In this document: in pieces, positions 1 to 12,108 of the stretch | Layout: the number at the start of each line of letters is the position of its first letter | Numbering within the stretch: the first letter of the stretch is position 1 | NCBI RefSeq assembly: GCF_001194135.2 | Contig: NC_069002.1 | Span: forward strand, 26,926,771 to 26,979,486 | Length of the DNA stretch: 52,716 bases | DNA from: Octopus bimaculoides | Taxonomy: Eukaryota | Direction of reading: 5' to 3' | Translations under genes and position numbers: made by a program | Notes under the pieces: generated by a model | Told to the model about the DNA's origin: nothing | The model's input: the letters and a program-made list of their open reading frames with translations, nothing else | The model's database searches: none

Positions 1-30
<30 letters not shown>
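1..30. repeat. (AG)n microsatellite
   Basis: Direct reading. Confidence 0.95.
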
Positions 31-34
<4 letters not shown>

Positions 35-546
35 TATGTTATGGTGATCAATGTTTGTCAAATAGTAAAGAGAAAGATAAAGTGAGGTAAAGCTGTTCAC
101 AATGTGTTGGTCAGTCAGTTATGAAATGTGGTCAATATGATGGACGTTGTATTGTGACAGCTCAGCTGTAGTAACAGCCACTTTCCGTTTGAAACATGTT
201 ACTGCAAATGGCATATGGATCAGAGGAGCAGCAGAATGTCAAAACAATAAACATGTTGACAGAAATGAAGGACGATTTGTTGAAATTCTGCCAGAAGTTA
301 TAGAGAAAAGCAGGACAGTAATAATGTTGAAAATGAAAATAAAGATATGTTAGGATAGAAGGACCAAGCCCCAGGATGGCCGCAGCCTTTAAACTGGGAC
401 ACATAAAAGAATAAAGCAATACAGAAATGTTACAAACAATAAGTCAATCAGCACCTAATTGAATGACATTTTGATAAAAAAATAATTAGTCATGAAACGG
501 TGAAACAAAATGCAGAAACAATAACAAAAGAACAGCTGTTACTCAC

Positions 547-776
547 TTCTGATCGACTTAGAAAATGAACAGGTAACAGTTTTCCTTCGCTGTCAATAAG
601 AGGAAGATACACCATCTGGTCCCCTTCATTGGAATCCATGTTAGCTCCAGCTCCTATCATATCGTCTGTGTCTGGTTCCATTGGGACTAATGCAGAGAAA
701 TGACCTCGAGTGTACCCTAATGCAATCGGAGTTTTCCAGCAGAAGCTTCTCTCCCACAATAACGGTAAATAAACTC
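547..776 (-). CDS. ZRANB1: ZRANB1 exon, 230 nt: OTU C-terminal part with catalytic His (YTRGHF, codon 702-700)
   Basis: Acceptor ttccttaaaacag|GA (AG at 778-777); donor GAA|gtgagt (GT at 546-545). Encodes (G)VYLPLLWERSFCWKTPIALGYTRGHFSALVPME...LPLIDSEGKLLPVHFLSRSE. Confidence 0.97.
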
Positions 777-947
777 CTGTTTTAAGGAAGAAAAATACAA
801 CAATGAAATGTGAATATCATACAACAACAAAGATGTCAGAAATATTCAAACACACACACACACACACCACCTGCTGGAATTTATTGGCAACAAATCAATG
901 ACTTAACATAAAATAAATTTCAGCACATGAAAATTAGTAGGAGGTAT

Positions 948-1136
948 CTCTTTTACTCTTTTACTTGTTTCAGTCATTTGACTGCGGCCATGCTGGAACA
1001 CCGCTTTTAGTCAAGCAAATCGACCCCAGGACTTAATTTTTGTAAACCTAGTACTTATTCTATCGGTCTCTTTTGCCGAACTGCTAAGTTACGGGGATGT
1101 AAACATACCACCATCGGTTGTCAAGCGATGTTGGGG
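948..1136 (-). mobile_element. SINE family A, 3' half, running into an assembly gap
   Basis: ttttacttgtttcagtcatttgactgcggccatgctgg...gtaaacataccaccatcggttgtcaagcg, shared with copies at 8591, 19475, 31452, 34050 and 46823. Confidence 0.88.
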
Positions 1137-1689
1137 NNNNNNNNNNNNNNNNNNNNNNNNNNNNNNNNNNNNNNNNNNNNNNNNNNNNNNNNNNNNNNNN
1201 NNNNNNNNNNNNNNNNNNNNNNNNNNNNNNNNNNNNNNNNNNNNNNNNNNNNNNNNNNNNNNNNNNNNNNNNNNNNNNNNNNNNNNNNNNNNNNNNNNNN
1301 NNNNNNNNNNNNNNNNNNNNNNNNNNNNNNNNNNNNNNNNNNNNNNNNNNNNNNNNNNNNNNNNNNNNNNNNNNNNNNNNNNNNNNNNNNNNNNNNNNNN
1401 NNNNNNNNNNNNNNNNNNNNNNNNNNNNNNNNNNNNNNNNNNNNNNNNNNNNNNNNNNNNNNNNNNNNNNNNNNNNNNNNNNNNNNNNNNNNNNNNNNNN
1501 NNNNNNNNNNNNNNNNNNNNNNNNNNNNNNNNNNNNNNNNNNNNNNNNNNNNNNNNNNNNNNNNNNNNNNNNNNNNNNNNNNNNNNNNNNNNNNNNNNNN
1601 NNNNNNNNNNNNGCTTGACAACTGATGCTGGTGTGTTTACGTCCCCGTAACTTAGTGGTTCAGCAAAAGTGACCGATAGAATAACTGAA

Positions 1690-1935
1690 ATGTGGCACCG
1701 TACTGGTGCTTCATAAAAAACACCCATGCTGGTGCCACATAAAAAAAGCGCCCATGCTGGTGCCACATAAACATCATCCAGTACACTCCAAAGTGGTTGG
1801 CGCTAGGAAGGGCATCCAGCTATAGAAACCATGCTGAATCAGACATGGAGCCTGAACAGCCCTTCAGCTGGCCAGCTCCTGTCAAACTGTCCAACCCATG
1901 CCAGCATGGAAAATGGATGTTAAATGATGATGGAC
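1690..1935 (+). mobile_element. RTE LINE 3' end (family C) with short internal repeats
   Basis: Repeated cccatgctggtgccacataaaa, then agtggttggcgctaggaagggcatccagc...ccaacccatgccagcatggaaa and a (GAT)n tail. Confidence 0.8.
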
Positions 1936-2831
1936 TGAAACATTGATTATATTAATGGATAGAAGCATCATTCAACAGGGTGAGAGTGATGTTACAGTTG
2001 ACTTAATTAATCCCAATTACTTGGCTGTTAATTATTCTACTGACCCTGGGATACAGAAAAGCAAAGTCAGCCCCTCCAAGATTTTAAACTCAGAAGCATA
2101 AAGCCTTATAGACTGAATACGAGACTTTTTGGTACAGCTGTTTTGGCACCGCCGATGTGGCGTTGTTCAATGCTGGCATATTTGACATCAGACATTCTAC
2201 TGTTCTTCTTAATCTCTCCCCCCAACGACCTCTCTCTCTGTTTATCTGTGAGCATCTAGTTGTTTGTATGCATGTGTAATGTGTGTGTGTGTGTGTGTGT
2301 GTGTGTGTCTCTCTCTCTACATATCTGTGAGAGCAAGTAGTTATGTTTGTATGTATGAGTAATATCTCTTTCTCACTCTCTCTCTCTCTTCCTCACTCTT
2401 ACTGTCTAGGTGTGTGAGCATCTAGTTATGTTTGTATGTAGGTGTAATGTATGCCTTTCTTTCTCTTTGTCTCTCCCTCTGCCTCTGTTCATATGTGTGA
2501 TAAAGTAGCTAGGGAGTCTCTCTCTCTTTTTCTGTATGTGTGTGTGTGAGTGTGTTTACCACCAGTGCCAAAATGTACTGTCACCAAAACAGGTTGAATA
2601 TCCAGTCAGCTTTGCTTGTCAGCATCTAAACAAACATGCTTGATCATCTCATTCTATTATAGATCATGGTGGCTTCTAACATCAGCTCAAACACAACACA
2701 GACTCTTACAAATCACAGACCATTTTGATGGCAAAGAACAAAAATAAATCCTTTCTGTTCTACATACTTCAGATTGTTTGATGAGAAAACAGTTGAAACA
2801 CTGGCATGTGTGCTTAAATGTACTGACTTAC

Positions 2832-2957
2832 CTTGAAATCTAGCATAACCTATCGTTTCACCTCGGAAACTTTTTACATATTTAACACCATATACAAGAA
2901 TTGGACGTCGAAGTATGTGTGCAAGGGCAAATATATGCATTTGTTCAAGAGAAGCAC
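2832..2957 (-). CDS. ZRANB1: ZRANB1 exon, 126 nt (OTU domain)
   Basis: Acceptor atcccttcag|GT; donor CAAG|gtaagt. Encodes (G)ASLEQMHIFALAHILRRPILVYGVKYVKSFRGETIGYARFQ(G). Phase 1 at both ends matches the neighbouring exons. Confidence 0.97.
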
Positions 2958-3881
2958 CTGAAGGGATAAAAGCAAAAAAGTGTTAAAATATGGAATGGAA
3001 ATGGAATTGATAGAACAAGAATAAGATAAAACAGGCTACACGAACAGTCTACCAGAAATAGCAGCTAGATCTCTCTCTCAAATGACGTTCCATTGTTTTA
3101 CATTAGACAGTATTGTCCAAGTTACAATATGCCTAAAAACATGTCAGGATGATCATAACATATGTCACTGGGGTGTAGATGTACCCTGGTGTCATATGAA
3201 GCAATGTAAACCTTGCTTAAGGGTTATCAGGATCTTGTGCCTCAAGGGTAGGCTCAGGAGAGCAAAAGACAAGCAGAGGAAAGTGTAAATCAACCAATGA
3301 AAGGCAACAGAAAACTACTGCTGCTTGTCTTCCTCAAGATGGTGATGATGATGATGATGAATATTTTCTTGAGCCAAAAACAAACGAGAATCTATACACA
3401 ACAGTGGAACTGGCTCAAGAGATCAGAGAACTCGGTTATGCTAATATTTCTTATGCAATTTAAAAATCAGTGAACATTGGATTCAAATCCCTTTGACTGT
3501 GCAACATTTGTACTTTTTGTGGTGTATAACATGAGAAGCAAATGAGGTCATCAGCTTTTATATAGCAACAGGTGTCATGTAATATACTCTCCTTTATATA
3601 TAGCAACAGGTGTCAATAATGTAGCCTTGTGCTGTCCCTCATATGTAATAGCTTCAAATTTTGGCACAAGGCAAGCAGTTTTTCAGGAAGGAGTAAGTGC
3701 ATTACATCAAGCCCCAGTACTCAACTGGTATTTTATTTTATCAACCCTGAAAGGATGAAAGGCAAGACTGACTTTGGTGAAATTTGAACTCAAAATGTAA
3801 AGAACCAGAAGAAAAGCTGGTAAGCATTTTGTCTGATGTTCTACCAATTTTGCCAGCTTGCTGCCTTCTTCATATATAAAA

Positions 3882-4462
3882 CTAGCAATGCATCCCAGCG
3901 TTGCCAGGGTGTTACGATCTACAGCCACATTGTATTATTTGTTCCTTTCTTATGGGCAGAATCAGCACATGAGGAGTATGAAGCAAATAACTCTTCTTTA
4001 TAAATATGTTTTTTGGTTATTTTCTGACGAAAAACGCTGCAGTTTTTGTCTACCAAATTCAGTCACAATTCTGTGGTTGGCCAAGGGCTAAAGTAGAAAA
4101 CACTTGCTCAAGGTACCATGCAGAGGGACTGAACATGAAACCATGTGGTTGGGAAGCAAATTTCTCAACCATACAGTCATTCTTGCACCTAATGTGTGTG
4201 TGTGTTTACATTTGTTGTTAAATTGAGTATTGATAAAGAAGTTGCTTCCCTTAGCTAAAGACCTCAAAATTGTGCAACCCAACCTCATTTTCAAAGTTAT
4301 TTTTGTAGTAAAAAAGAGTTGTTGTGCACAAAACATACTTTATTTGGTAGCCGAAAGATTAGTGAATCTTTTGAAACCTTATATATCAAAATAGGCAACT
4401 CAGTTTTTGAACCCATAAGGAACATACGCACACACGCACAAACTCTGTTTTATATATTAAGA
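3882..4462 (-). mobile_element. Non-autonomous Helitron with a nested family A SINE 5' half (~4055-4190)
   Basis: On the minus strand: 5' A|TCTTAATATATAAAAC at 4462; 3' GC-rich imperfect hairpin CCCTGGCAACGCTGGG, 8 nt, then CTAG|T at 3882. These are the canonical Helitron TC / hairpin / CTAG ends in an A|T target. Confidence 0.7.
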
Positions 4463-4504
4463 TAACAACAGGTGTAAATAAAAGACTCTTAGTCATACGT
4501 AATA

Positions 4505-4885
4505 ATTCTTTCTGCGAAAGGTACAAGGCCTGAAATTTAGCAGTTGCATTGACTACAGTGTTCAGTTGGTACTTATTTTATCAGGCCCCAAAAGAATGAA
4601 GGGCTAAGTCGATCTCAGCAGAAATTGAACTCAGAACATAAAGATGGAAGAAACGTCACTAAGCATTTTGTCTGGTATGCTAATGGTTCTGCCAGATTGC
4701 TGCCCTATGGTCACATGATTTCAAATTTTGACACAAGGCCAGTAATTTCAGGGGAGGGGGTAAATCAATTGCAATGACCCCCCCCCTCCAGTATTCAGCT
4801 GGTACTTATTTCATCAACCCCTTAAAAGGATGAAAGGCAAAGTTGACCTCGGCGGGATTTGAACTCAGAACGTGAAGATGGACAA
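4505..4885 (-). mobile_element. Two tandem family B SINEs (tRNA head plus Nin/Deu-like domain)
   Basis: Each copy has cacaaggcc...actggtacttattt...gaaaggcaaagttgacctcggcgggatttgaactcagaac. Confidence 0.82.
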
Positions 4886-5161
4886 TAGTCATATGCAATA
4901 ATAACAGATTACAGTAAATGCTATATCCTCCATTGATATGTAACAACAGCAATAGATGTATTCTAGCTGTATTTTTGCTGATATATAATAATATTGTCTA
5001 GAAATAAATTAAAAAAATATCAATAGCATTTGGCATTCCACCCCACCCACAAAAAAAAAAAAAAGAGCCATATTCCCTTCAGGTGATTATCGAAGTCACC
5101 TGTCTGTTACACAAACACCTGAGATATTAACTGAGAGGTTTCTGTACGAAGCTCATCTTAC

Positions 5162-5280
5162 CTGGCTGGCTGGCAAGACTAAGCAGTACTGCCCAATCGT
5201 GTGCCCACTGGCTTTCATCCAAAGAAAAATGTAAAGACTGAGCTTGCATTGATTCATACTCTTTCCACCGGGGATAGAAC
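5162..5280 (-). CDS. ZRANB1: ZRANB1 exon, 119 nt (OTU domain); correct frame is absent from the ORF track
   Basis: Acceptor tggtcttttttag|G; donor CCAG|gtaaga. Encodes (M)FYPRWKEYESMQAQSLHFSLDESQWAHDWAVLLSLASQP(G), matching TRABID FYTRWKDWES...EEQWQEDWAFILSLASQPG. Confidence 0.96.
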
Positions 5281-5384
5281 CTAAAAAAGACCAGAAAGCA
5301 AAATTGTACACAGAAAAAAAAAAAAAAAAAAAANNNNNNNNNNNNNNNNNNNNNNNNNNNNNNNNNNNATTTTTTGGCTGAAAC

Positions 5385-5584
5385 ATTATTCTGTCAAATG
5401 CATTGCTTATTTACTCAAATTGTTTGGAATTAATCAGGCATTATCTCATGGCTTCGACATGTGGTTGTTTATTTTTAGAATGACATTGTAGGGTAGGTGT
5501 GAGAAGCTGGATCTGGCTAATTCGAATATAAAACAGGTAGAAAATTTAGGCTGGATGTGGCTGGTCTAAATGCTAAAGAATTAA
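5385..5584 (+). mobile_element. Degenerate TTAA-flanked (piggyBac-like) MITE, second family
   Basis: Right end aatgctaaagaa|ttaa; the left end is eroded and next to a gap. The internal sequence differs from the 14 kb MITE family. Family assignment is from recall. Confidence 0.5.
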
Positions 5585-5869
5585 ATCTGTGAGAATGGCT
5601 GTTGATTGGAGAGCAGGTAGATACATTAATTACATTTTAATACAGGTGTATAGTGTGTGTGTGTGTGTGTGTGTACACATACATACATACATAGACACAC
5701 AAGTACACACATCCACATACATGCACACATAAATACATGGAGCACACACATTGCTCCACACAGACCATATATTTGTTTACTCAATAGAAATAGTGGTTCC
5801 ATTATACTAATACATCCATTTGTTGTTTACACCACCTGTCTTCGTCTGTTGTTTTTTCGTGAATTCTCC

Positions 5870-5910
<41 letters not shown>

Positions 5911-6642
5911 GTATGTGTGTGTGTATTGCGACTCTGTATCCGTGTTTGTCCCCCACCACCGTTTGGTAACTGGTGTTGCTGTGTTTACGTTCATATAATT
6001 TAGTGGTTCAGTAAAAGAGATCAATAAAAATGTGCCAGGCATGAAAAAGAAAGAACTGGTGTCATTTGTTCAATTGAAATTCTTCAAATCTTGATGAGTG
6101 AGAGAGATAAGGGAACCACTAAATTCCTTAGTAAAACTTAAAGCTAAGGGTGGTAAATCTTGTACCTCTCACGGTTGCTTTACCTGCTAGAAATAGCAAC
6201 CAAAATGCTTTCAAATCAGATCCCAATGCTAGATGTTCAAGAACCAAAGGAAGGGCAGATTTTCAATCCTGGGATCATCCTGATTCCAAAAAGGTATGAT
6301 ATGTCTATGTAGAGCAAATGTAGACTGAAATACAAGGGGTCCCAGACAGACAGAATTTCGCATTTATTAATATAGATGATGTAATCATTTATCAAGCTGT
6401 CAATAGAGGGTTTACGTGACAATCTTTTGCCAAATTGTCAACACAGAGTTCACGTGATATAATGCTATGACATGCATTGTAAACAGAGAGTTTCAATCTG
6501 AAGAATATCCAAGGTAAAATCAAATCCCTATTTCAGGATCAGGCAGAAACTCCTTGACTAAATTTAGAATAATATACAGGTCTGCTACATTGGCCTGAGT
6601 TTATTAATGCCTGTCTGATTTTAGTAAGAGTGAGGTGAAACA

Positions 6643-6673
<31 letters not shown>

Positions 6674-7779
6674 CAAACAAACTCTAAAAACAAAAACTAA
6701 GGAGTTTTTAAATATCTACAAGAGTATGGTTCGTTTGACATTTTCCCACAGAGAATGACTGACCTTGACATTTAGACTGCTGTAGTGTGGGTCCTTTGAT
6801 ATTTTTTCCCCTTACAGAGAATGTCTGACCTCAACAACACCCAAACAGTTGCTGACACACATCAACACTATTATGTCAGCCATCATTTAATGATTCTGTT
6901 CAAACTTTGCTCGGTTTTTATCCACTGATAGCATGGACAGTTTTCATTTACCTGAGAGCACAGAGAAAATTACCATTCTCTTCTTCATAATTTGTGCTTT
7001 CACACTCAAACCCTACAATAAATCTAGATTATTTTACAGACTTAGTAGTGCGTCTAGACAGATTAGATTCCATTGCTGTTAGAAGACATTCCAAAAACAA
7101 CAACAAAAATAAATAAATAAACAGATAACAGACCATTTCCTGTATCTAGGCACTATGTAATTTAGTATTCTCTTCTTTCAAAGAACTTAGAACCCTTTTT
7201 TATTTTCTCTACCAGACCCAGTATTTTCTAAATCCTTTAAAATCTGTTCAATAACTGGCACTTACTGGAATGTCTCCATTTATTTCTTAGACCTACTTTT
7301 GATGATGTTAAAGCTAAGAGCATCGCCAAAGGTGAAACAATTTTTTTCTCAACTAAACAGGAGAGATGTTTACTTCTTTGATCAGTACATTTGTTTTAGT
7401 GTCTGTCTTTTCGTGCTGGCATGGGTTAGATGGGGATGTAAACTGAAGAAAGACTTTACCACCAGACGCTCATCCTATCACCAACCCTCGTCTGTTTTTC
7501 AAGGAAGGGATTTTTTTATTCTACAAGTTATGTAGGTTACAGAATGGTTGGTTACAATGAGGATAGGAAATGCAAACCTCATGTCACTGTTTCACTCCAA
7601 TGTAACAGAGGAATGTCGACATTCTTGTATATTTGCACATACACATTTGCCCCATACATAAGGACACAGGAAATGTGTCAAGGCCGACAGGAAGCGGTCC
7701 AGCTTCCTAGGGCTAAATAGCAGTAGTATATTCCCTTATTGGGACTGTCACGTTAAGTTGGCAGTATACAACTACTTTA

Positions 7780-7848
<69 letters not shown>

Positions 7849-8035
7849 GTTTAACGTCTGCTTTCCATGCTAGCATGGGTTGGACGACTTGACTGAGGAC
7901 TGGTGAAACCGGATGGCAACACCAGGCTCCAATCTAAATTTGGCAGAGTTTCTACAGCTGGATGCCCTTCCTAACGCCAACCACTCACACATGTACAGGT
8001 ACATACACACACATACATATATACGTACCCTTATG

Positions 8036-8067
<32 letters not shown>

Positions 8068-8590
8068 CATGCACATACTGTGCACGGGACCAGAATTTTG
8101 AAATTGAGTCAAGGGTAACAAATTATTCTAAATTGTTGTTAGAGTAATCTGCTTCAGTGGAGTCAAGACTAGCTGGTTTGTATTGGGATTGAGTTTTATA
8201 TGCTAATTAGTGTGCTGAGTAAAGCATGTTCACAGTTTTGGGCTACCTGGTGTCATCCACAGTTGGGATATATTTCCTCTGGATCTACATCAGGAATTCC
8301 ACAGTGATAGTTGAGATAATAATAATGAATGTACTAGCTGGACCTGTGAAAAATTCACAGAAAACATAAAAAATGGTAGTATCTGTAAATTGTGTGTTGG
8401 TGCCATGAGAAATATTTCTATATTGTGACACTTACAGAATATAGAAAGGAGAGTAAAACCAATAACTTTGTAATCCAACCAAAATATCTCAGTTACGCAA
8501 ACATAAACAGAATTACTATTTAGCCTTAAAATACATTGTACATATTCAGAGAACCTTCTTGGTTTAGTGGTACGGAATGTTCTTCTAGTA

Positions 8591-8810
8591 TTCTTTTACT
8601 TGTTTCAGTTATTTGATGGTGGTCATGCTGGAGCACTGCCTTCTAGTCGAAGAAATCGACCCCTGGACTTATTCCTTGTAAGCTTTGTGCTTATTCTATC
8701 AGTCTCTTCTGCCAAACAGCTAAGTTACGAGGACGCAAACACAACAACATCAGTTGTCAAACAATGGTGGTGGTGGTGGGACAGACACAGACACAAACAT
8801 AAATATATAC

Positions 8811-8902
<92 letters not shown>

Positions 8903-8983
8903 ATATGACGGGCTTCTTTCAGTTTCCGTCTACCAAATTCACTCACAAGGCTTTGGTCAGCCCAAGGCTATAATAGAAGACAC
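8591..8983 (-). mobile_element. SINE family A (tRNA-CORE-like), both halves with internal (AT)n/(GT)n microsatellite
   Basis: 3' half 8591-8790, microsatellite ~8800-8905, 5' half gggcttctttcagtttccgtctaccaaattcactcacaaggctttggtc. Confidence 0.88.
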
Positions 8984-9249
8984 TCTTTAAAGCAGTGTTC
9001 CTCAACCAGGGTTCCTTGGAACCCTAGGGTTCTGCAAAAGGTTCCTAGGGGTTCTGAGATAAGCTAATACTAATTTCATGATGTAATATTACTATACATG
9101 CACAACATATTATTGGTTATTGTAATATTGTAATATAAATATCATCCTATCTAACCTATTATGTTATCAAGAAAATATAAAAGCCATTGAGGATATATTT
9201 AGTTATGTCTGTAATTTATGGACACGCTAAATTACCAGGCCTTCAAGAA

Positions 9250-9575
9250 CATACACACACATTACATGTGTACACACACTACACCCACACACACACACAT
9301 GCACATGTGTACACATACATGCACTCGTATACGCACACATGTAAGACTGAAAACATACATACATGTGCACATGCATGCACAAACTGTGTGCACACAAGCA
9401 TGCAGGCACTCGTACACACACATACATACATGCATGCACTGTGCACACACATGCACACACTTATACACACATGTATGCTCACATGCAAACATACATGCAT
9501 GTGTGCATGCTTCGTGCACACACACACATGCACACAGATGTAAATGTAATCTTTTGTGCACACACAAACATGCAA
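9250..9575. repeat. Degenerate (AC)/(ACAT)/(GCAC) low-complexity array
   Basis: Direct reading; source of the spurious H/T/C/V-rich ORFs. Confidence 0.9.
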
Positions 9576-10321
9576 ATGATTGAGTTCGTGTCCTGCAGCC
9601 GTCAGTAAAGATGGCTGTTTATAGATTCCAGGAAGTTTTCTAAAAATATTTTTATCATACTTCCATCAAACTAGGACAGAGACAAGAGGGGGGTGGGGGA
9701 ACAAACAACCTGTGTATGTGAGGGAGAGANNNNNNNNNNNNNNNNNNNNNNNNNNNNNNNNNNNNNNNNNNNNNNNNNNNNNNNNNNNNNNNNNNNNNNN
9801 NNNNNNNNNNNNNNNNNNNNNNNNNNNNNNNNNNNNNNNNNNNNNNNNNNNNNNNNNNNNNNNNNNNNNNNNNNNNNNNNNNNNNNNNNNNNNNNNNNNN
9901 NNNNNNNNNNNNNNNNNNNNNNNNNNNNNNNNNNNNNNNNNNNNNNNNNNNNNNNNNNNNNNNNNNNNNNNNNNNNNNNNNNNNNNNNNNNNNNNNNNNN
10001 NNNNNNNNNNNNNNNNNNNNNNNNNNNNNNNNNNNNNNNNNNNNNNNNNNNNNNNNNNNNNNNNNNNNNNNNNNNNNNNNNNNNNNNNNNNNNNNNNNNN
10101 NNNNNNNNNNNNNNNNNNNNNNNNNNNNNNNNNNNNNNNNNNNNNNNNNNNNNNNNNNNNNNNNNNNNNNNNNNNNNNNNNNNNNNNNNNNNNNNNNNNN
10201 NNNNNNNNNNNNNNNNNNNNNNNNNNNNNNNNNNNNNNNNNNNNNNNNNNNNNNNNNNNNNNNNNNNNNNNNNNNNNNNNNNNNNNNNNNNNNNNNNNNN
10301 NNNNNNNNNNNNNNNNNNNNN

Positions 10322-10353
<32 letters not shown>

Positions 10354-10708
10354 TAGGAATATAAAGTGAGAAAAAGAGAGAAGGAAAGAGAGACAGAGAA
10401 GGGGGAGTTGATAAAAAGATAAACAGAGAGGGGGAGAGAAACAAAGAAAGAGGAAGAGAAACAGAGAGGGAGAGAGAGAGAGGGGGAAAGAGAAAGAGAG
10501 TCAGGGAGAGAGAGAAGTAGAGAAAGAGACAAAGGGAGAGAGAGAGGAGGAAGAGAGAGAGGAGGAAGAGAGAGAGGAGGAAGAGAGAGAGGAGGAAGAG
10601 AGAGAGGAGGAAGAGAGAGAGGNNNNNNNNNNNNNNNNNNNNNNNNNNGAGAGAGAGAGGAGGAAGAGAGAGAGGAGGAAGAGAGAGAGGAGGAAGAGAG
10701 AGAGAGAG
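10322..10708. repeat. GA-rich array including a 15-mer (GAGGAAGAGAGAGAG)n
   Basis: Direct reading; flanked and interrupted by gaps. Confidence 0.9.
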
Positions 10709-10991
10709 TGAATCAATAAATCAATGAATAAGAAGTTGTTGAGAAGCCAAACAGCTTCTGGTTTTAGTCAGAATTTCTCTGAGAAAGACTTTCCTTTCTC
10801 TTTGTGTCTTTGTTTAGAGTTAATTGTTAGAAAATAAACGCATAAAGACGCGGACTATTTTGGGCAGGATGGCAAAACTACACGAAAAGAGCATCGAAAA
10901 TAGAAAAGGACAAACTGAGAGTGAGGCGCCGGGATTGTAAAACGGTCGATACAGAGAAGGTCTTCAAAATAGTAATTGCATCCAATTTTAA

Positions 10992-11183
10992 CCCTTTCGT
11001 TGCCACATTTCAGTTGAAATACGCTGAGTCCATTGCAATTAATTTTGAAAATAATGAAGAATTTAGTAAAATAACTTTGGTATTATTATTAGGCTGGCGT
11101 TTGGAACTTAGATTTACCGGAAGCTTTGATGAAAGGCTTTAATTTAAATCACCTTAAAACAGGAAGTCTGTGTCATAGAACCA
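10992..11183 (-). mobile_element. piggyBac-like MITE (220-bp family), truncated by an RTE fragment
   Basis: TTAA at 10988-10991 then CCCTTTCGTTGCCAC; reverse complement of the 14077 family. Confidence 0.75.
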
Positions 11184-11749
11184 TGAACCATGCTGGTGTC
11201 AAACAAAAAGCACCAAGTACACTCTGTAAAGTGGTATTAGGAAGGTCATCCAGCTGTAGAAACCAAGCCAAAACAGATTATGGAACCTGGTGCAGCTTCT
11301 GGCTTTGCCAACTCCTGTCAAACTGTCCAACCCATGTCAGCCCATATACACAAATTTATACAGCCATACACTATTTATTTAATTGCTGGTGTAAAAAATC
11401 TGTAGAGATAACTTATGTATCTATCTATATGCACATATTTTCCTCCAATATTTATCTCCCCCATTACATGTGTGTGTGTGTGTGAGTATATATACACACA
11501 CACACAAACACACACTTATACACATGGGCTTCCATACAGTTTCTATTCATCAAATTCATTCACAAGACTCTCACTGGCCTGTGGCCATGGTAGAAGACAC
11601 TTGCCAAAAGTGCCATGCAGTGGGATTGAACCCAATCACTTTGAAACCACAGAGCACATTTTCCTCTGAACCACACAACCACACCAGTGCCTGCAATACA
11701 AATATTTTACAAAAAAGAAGACCTGACCACCACAGCAGAAGTGTTAAGG

Positions 11750-12008
11750 CCACATCCCTTGGCGAAGGGGATTGACCTGCAAGACTCCTGTGCTGGTACC
11801 ATGTAAAAGTGTCAGTGCCACATGGAAGTGCTTATGCTGGTGCCATATTAAAAGCACCCAGCACACTCTGCAAAGTGGTTGGTGTTAGGAAGGGCATCCA
11901 GCCTTAGAACCCATGCCAAAGCAGACTGGAATGTGACGCAGCTTTCCAGCTTGTCAGTTCTGATTGAAATGTCCAACCCATGCCAGCATGGAAAACAGAC
12001 ATTGAACA

Positions 12009-12041
<33 letters not shown>

Positions 12042-12071
12042 GTGACGGTGACGATGATGGTGATGATGATG

Positions 12072-12103
<32 letters not shown>

Positions 12104-12108
12104 GATGA
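11750..12108 (+). mobile_element. RTE LINE 3' end with expanded (GAT)n tail
   Basis: Family C core followed by ~100 nt of GAT/GGT/GAC repeats (12008-12108). Confidence 0.8.

Noticed and set aside
147-419. ORFs 147..353 (+) and 162..419 (-) as the ZRANB1 terminal exon
   Set aside because: No resemblance to the expected C-terminus (LLREWLDC...WLDRY); the last exon must lie beyond the window start.
948-1684. Inverted family A 3' halves on either side of a gap, as a hairpin element
   Set aside because: The 476-nt gap hides the centre; two independent SINEs or a scaffolding effect is equally likely.
6738-6833. Twice-repeated plus-strand acceptor-like motif (ttttccc..acag|agaatg.ctgacc)
   Set aside because: A short local duplication with no ORF or donor downstream.
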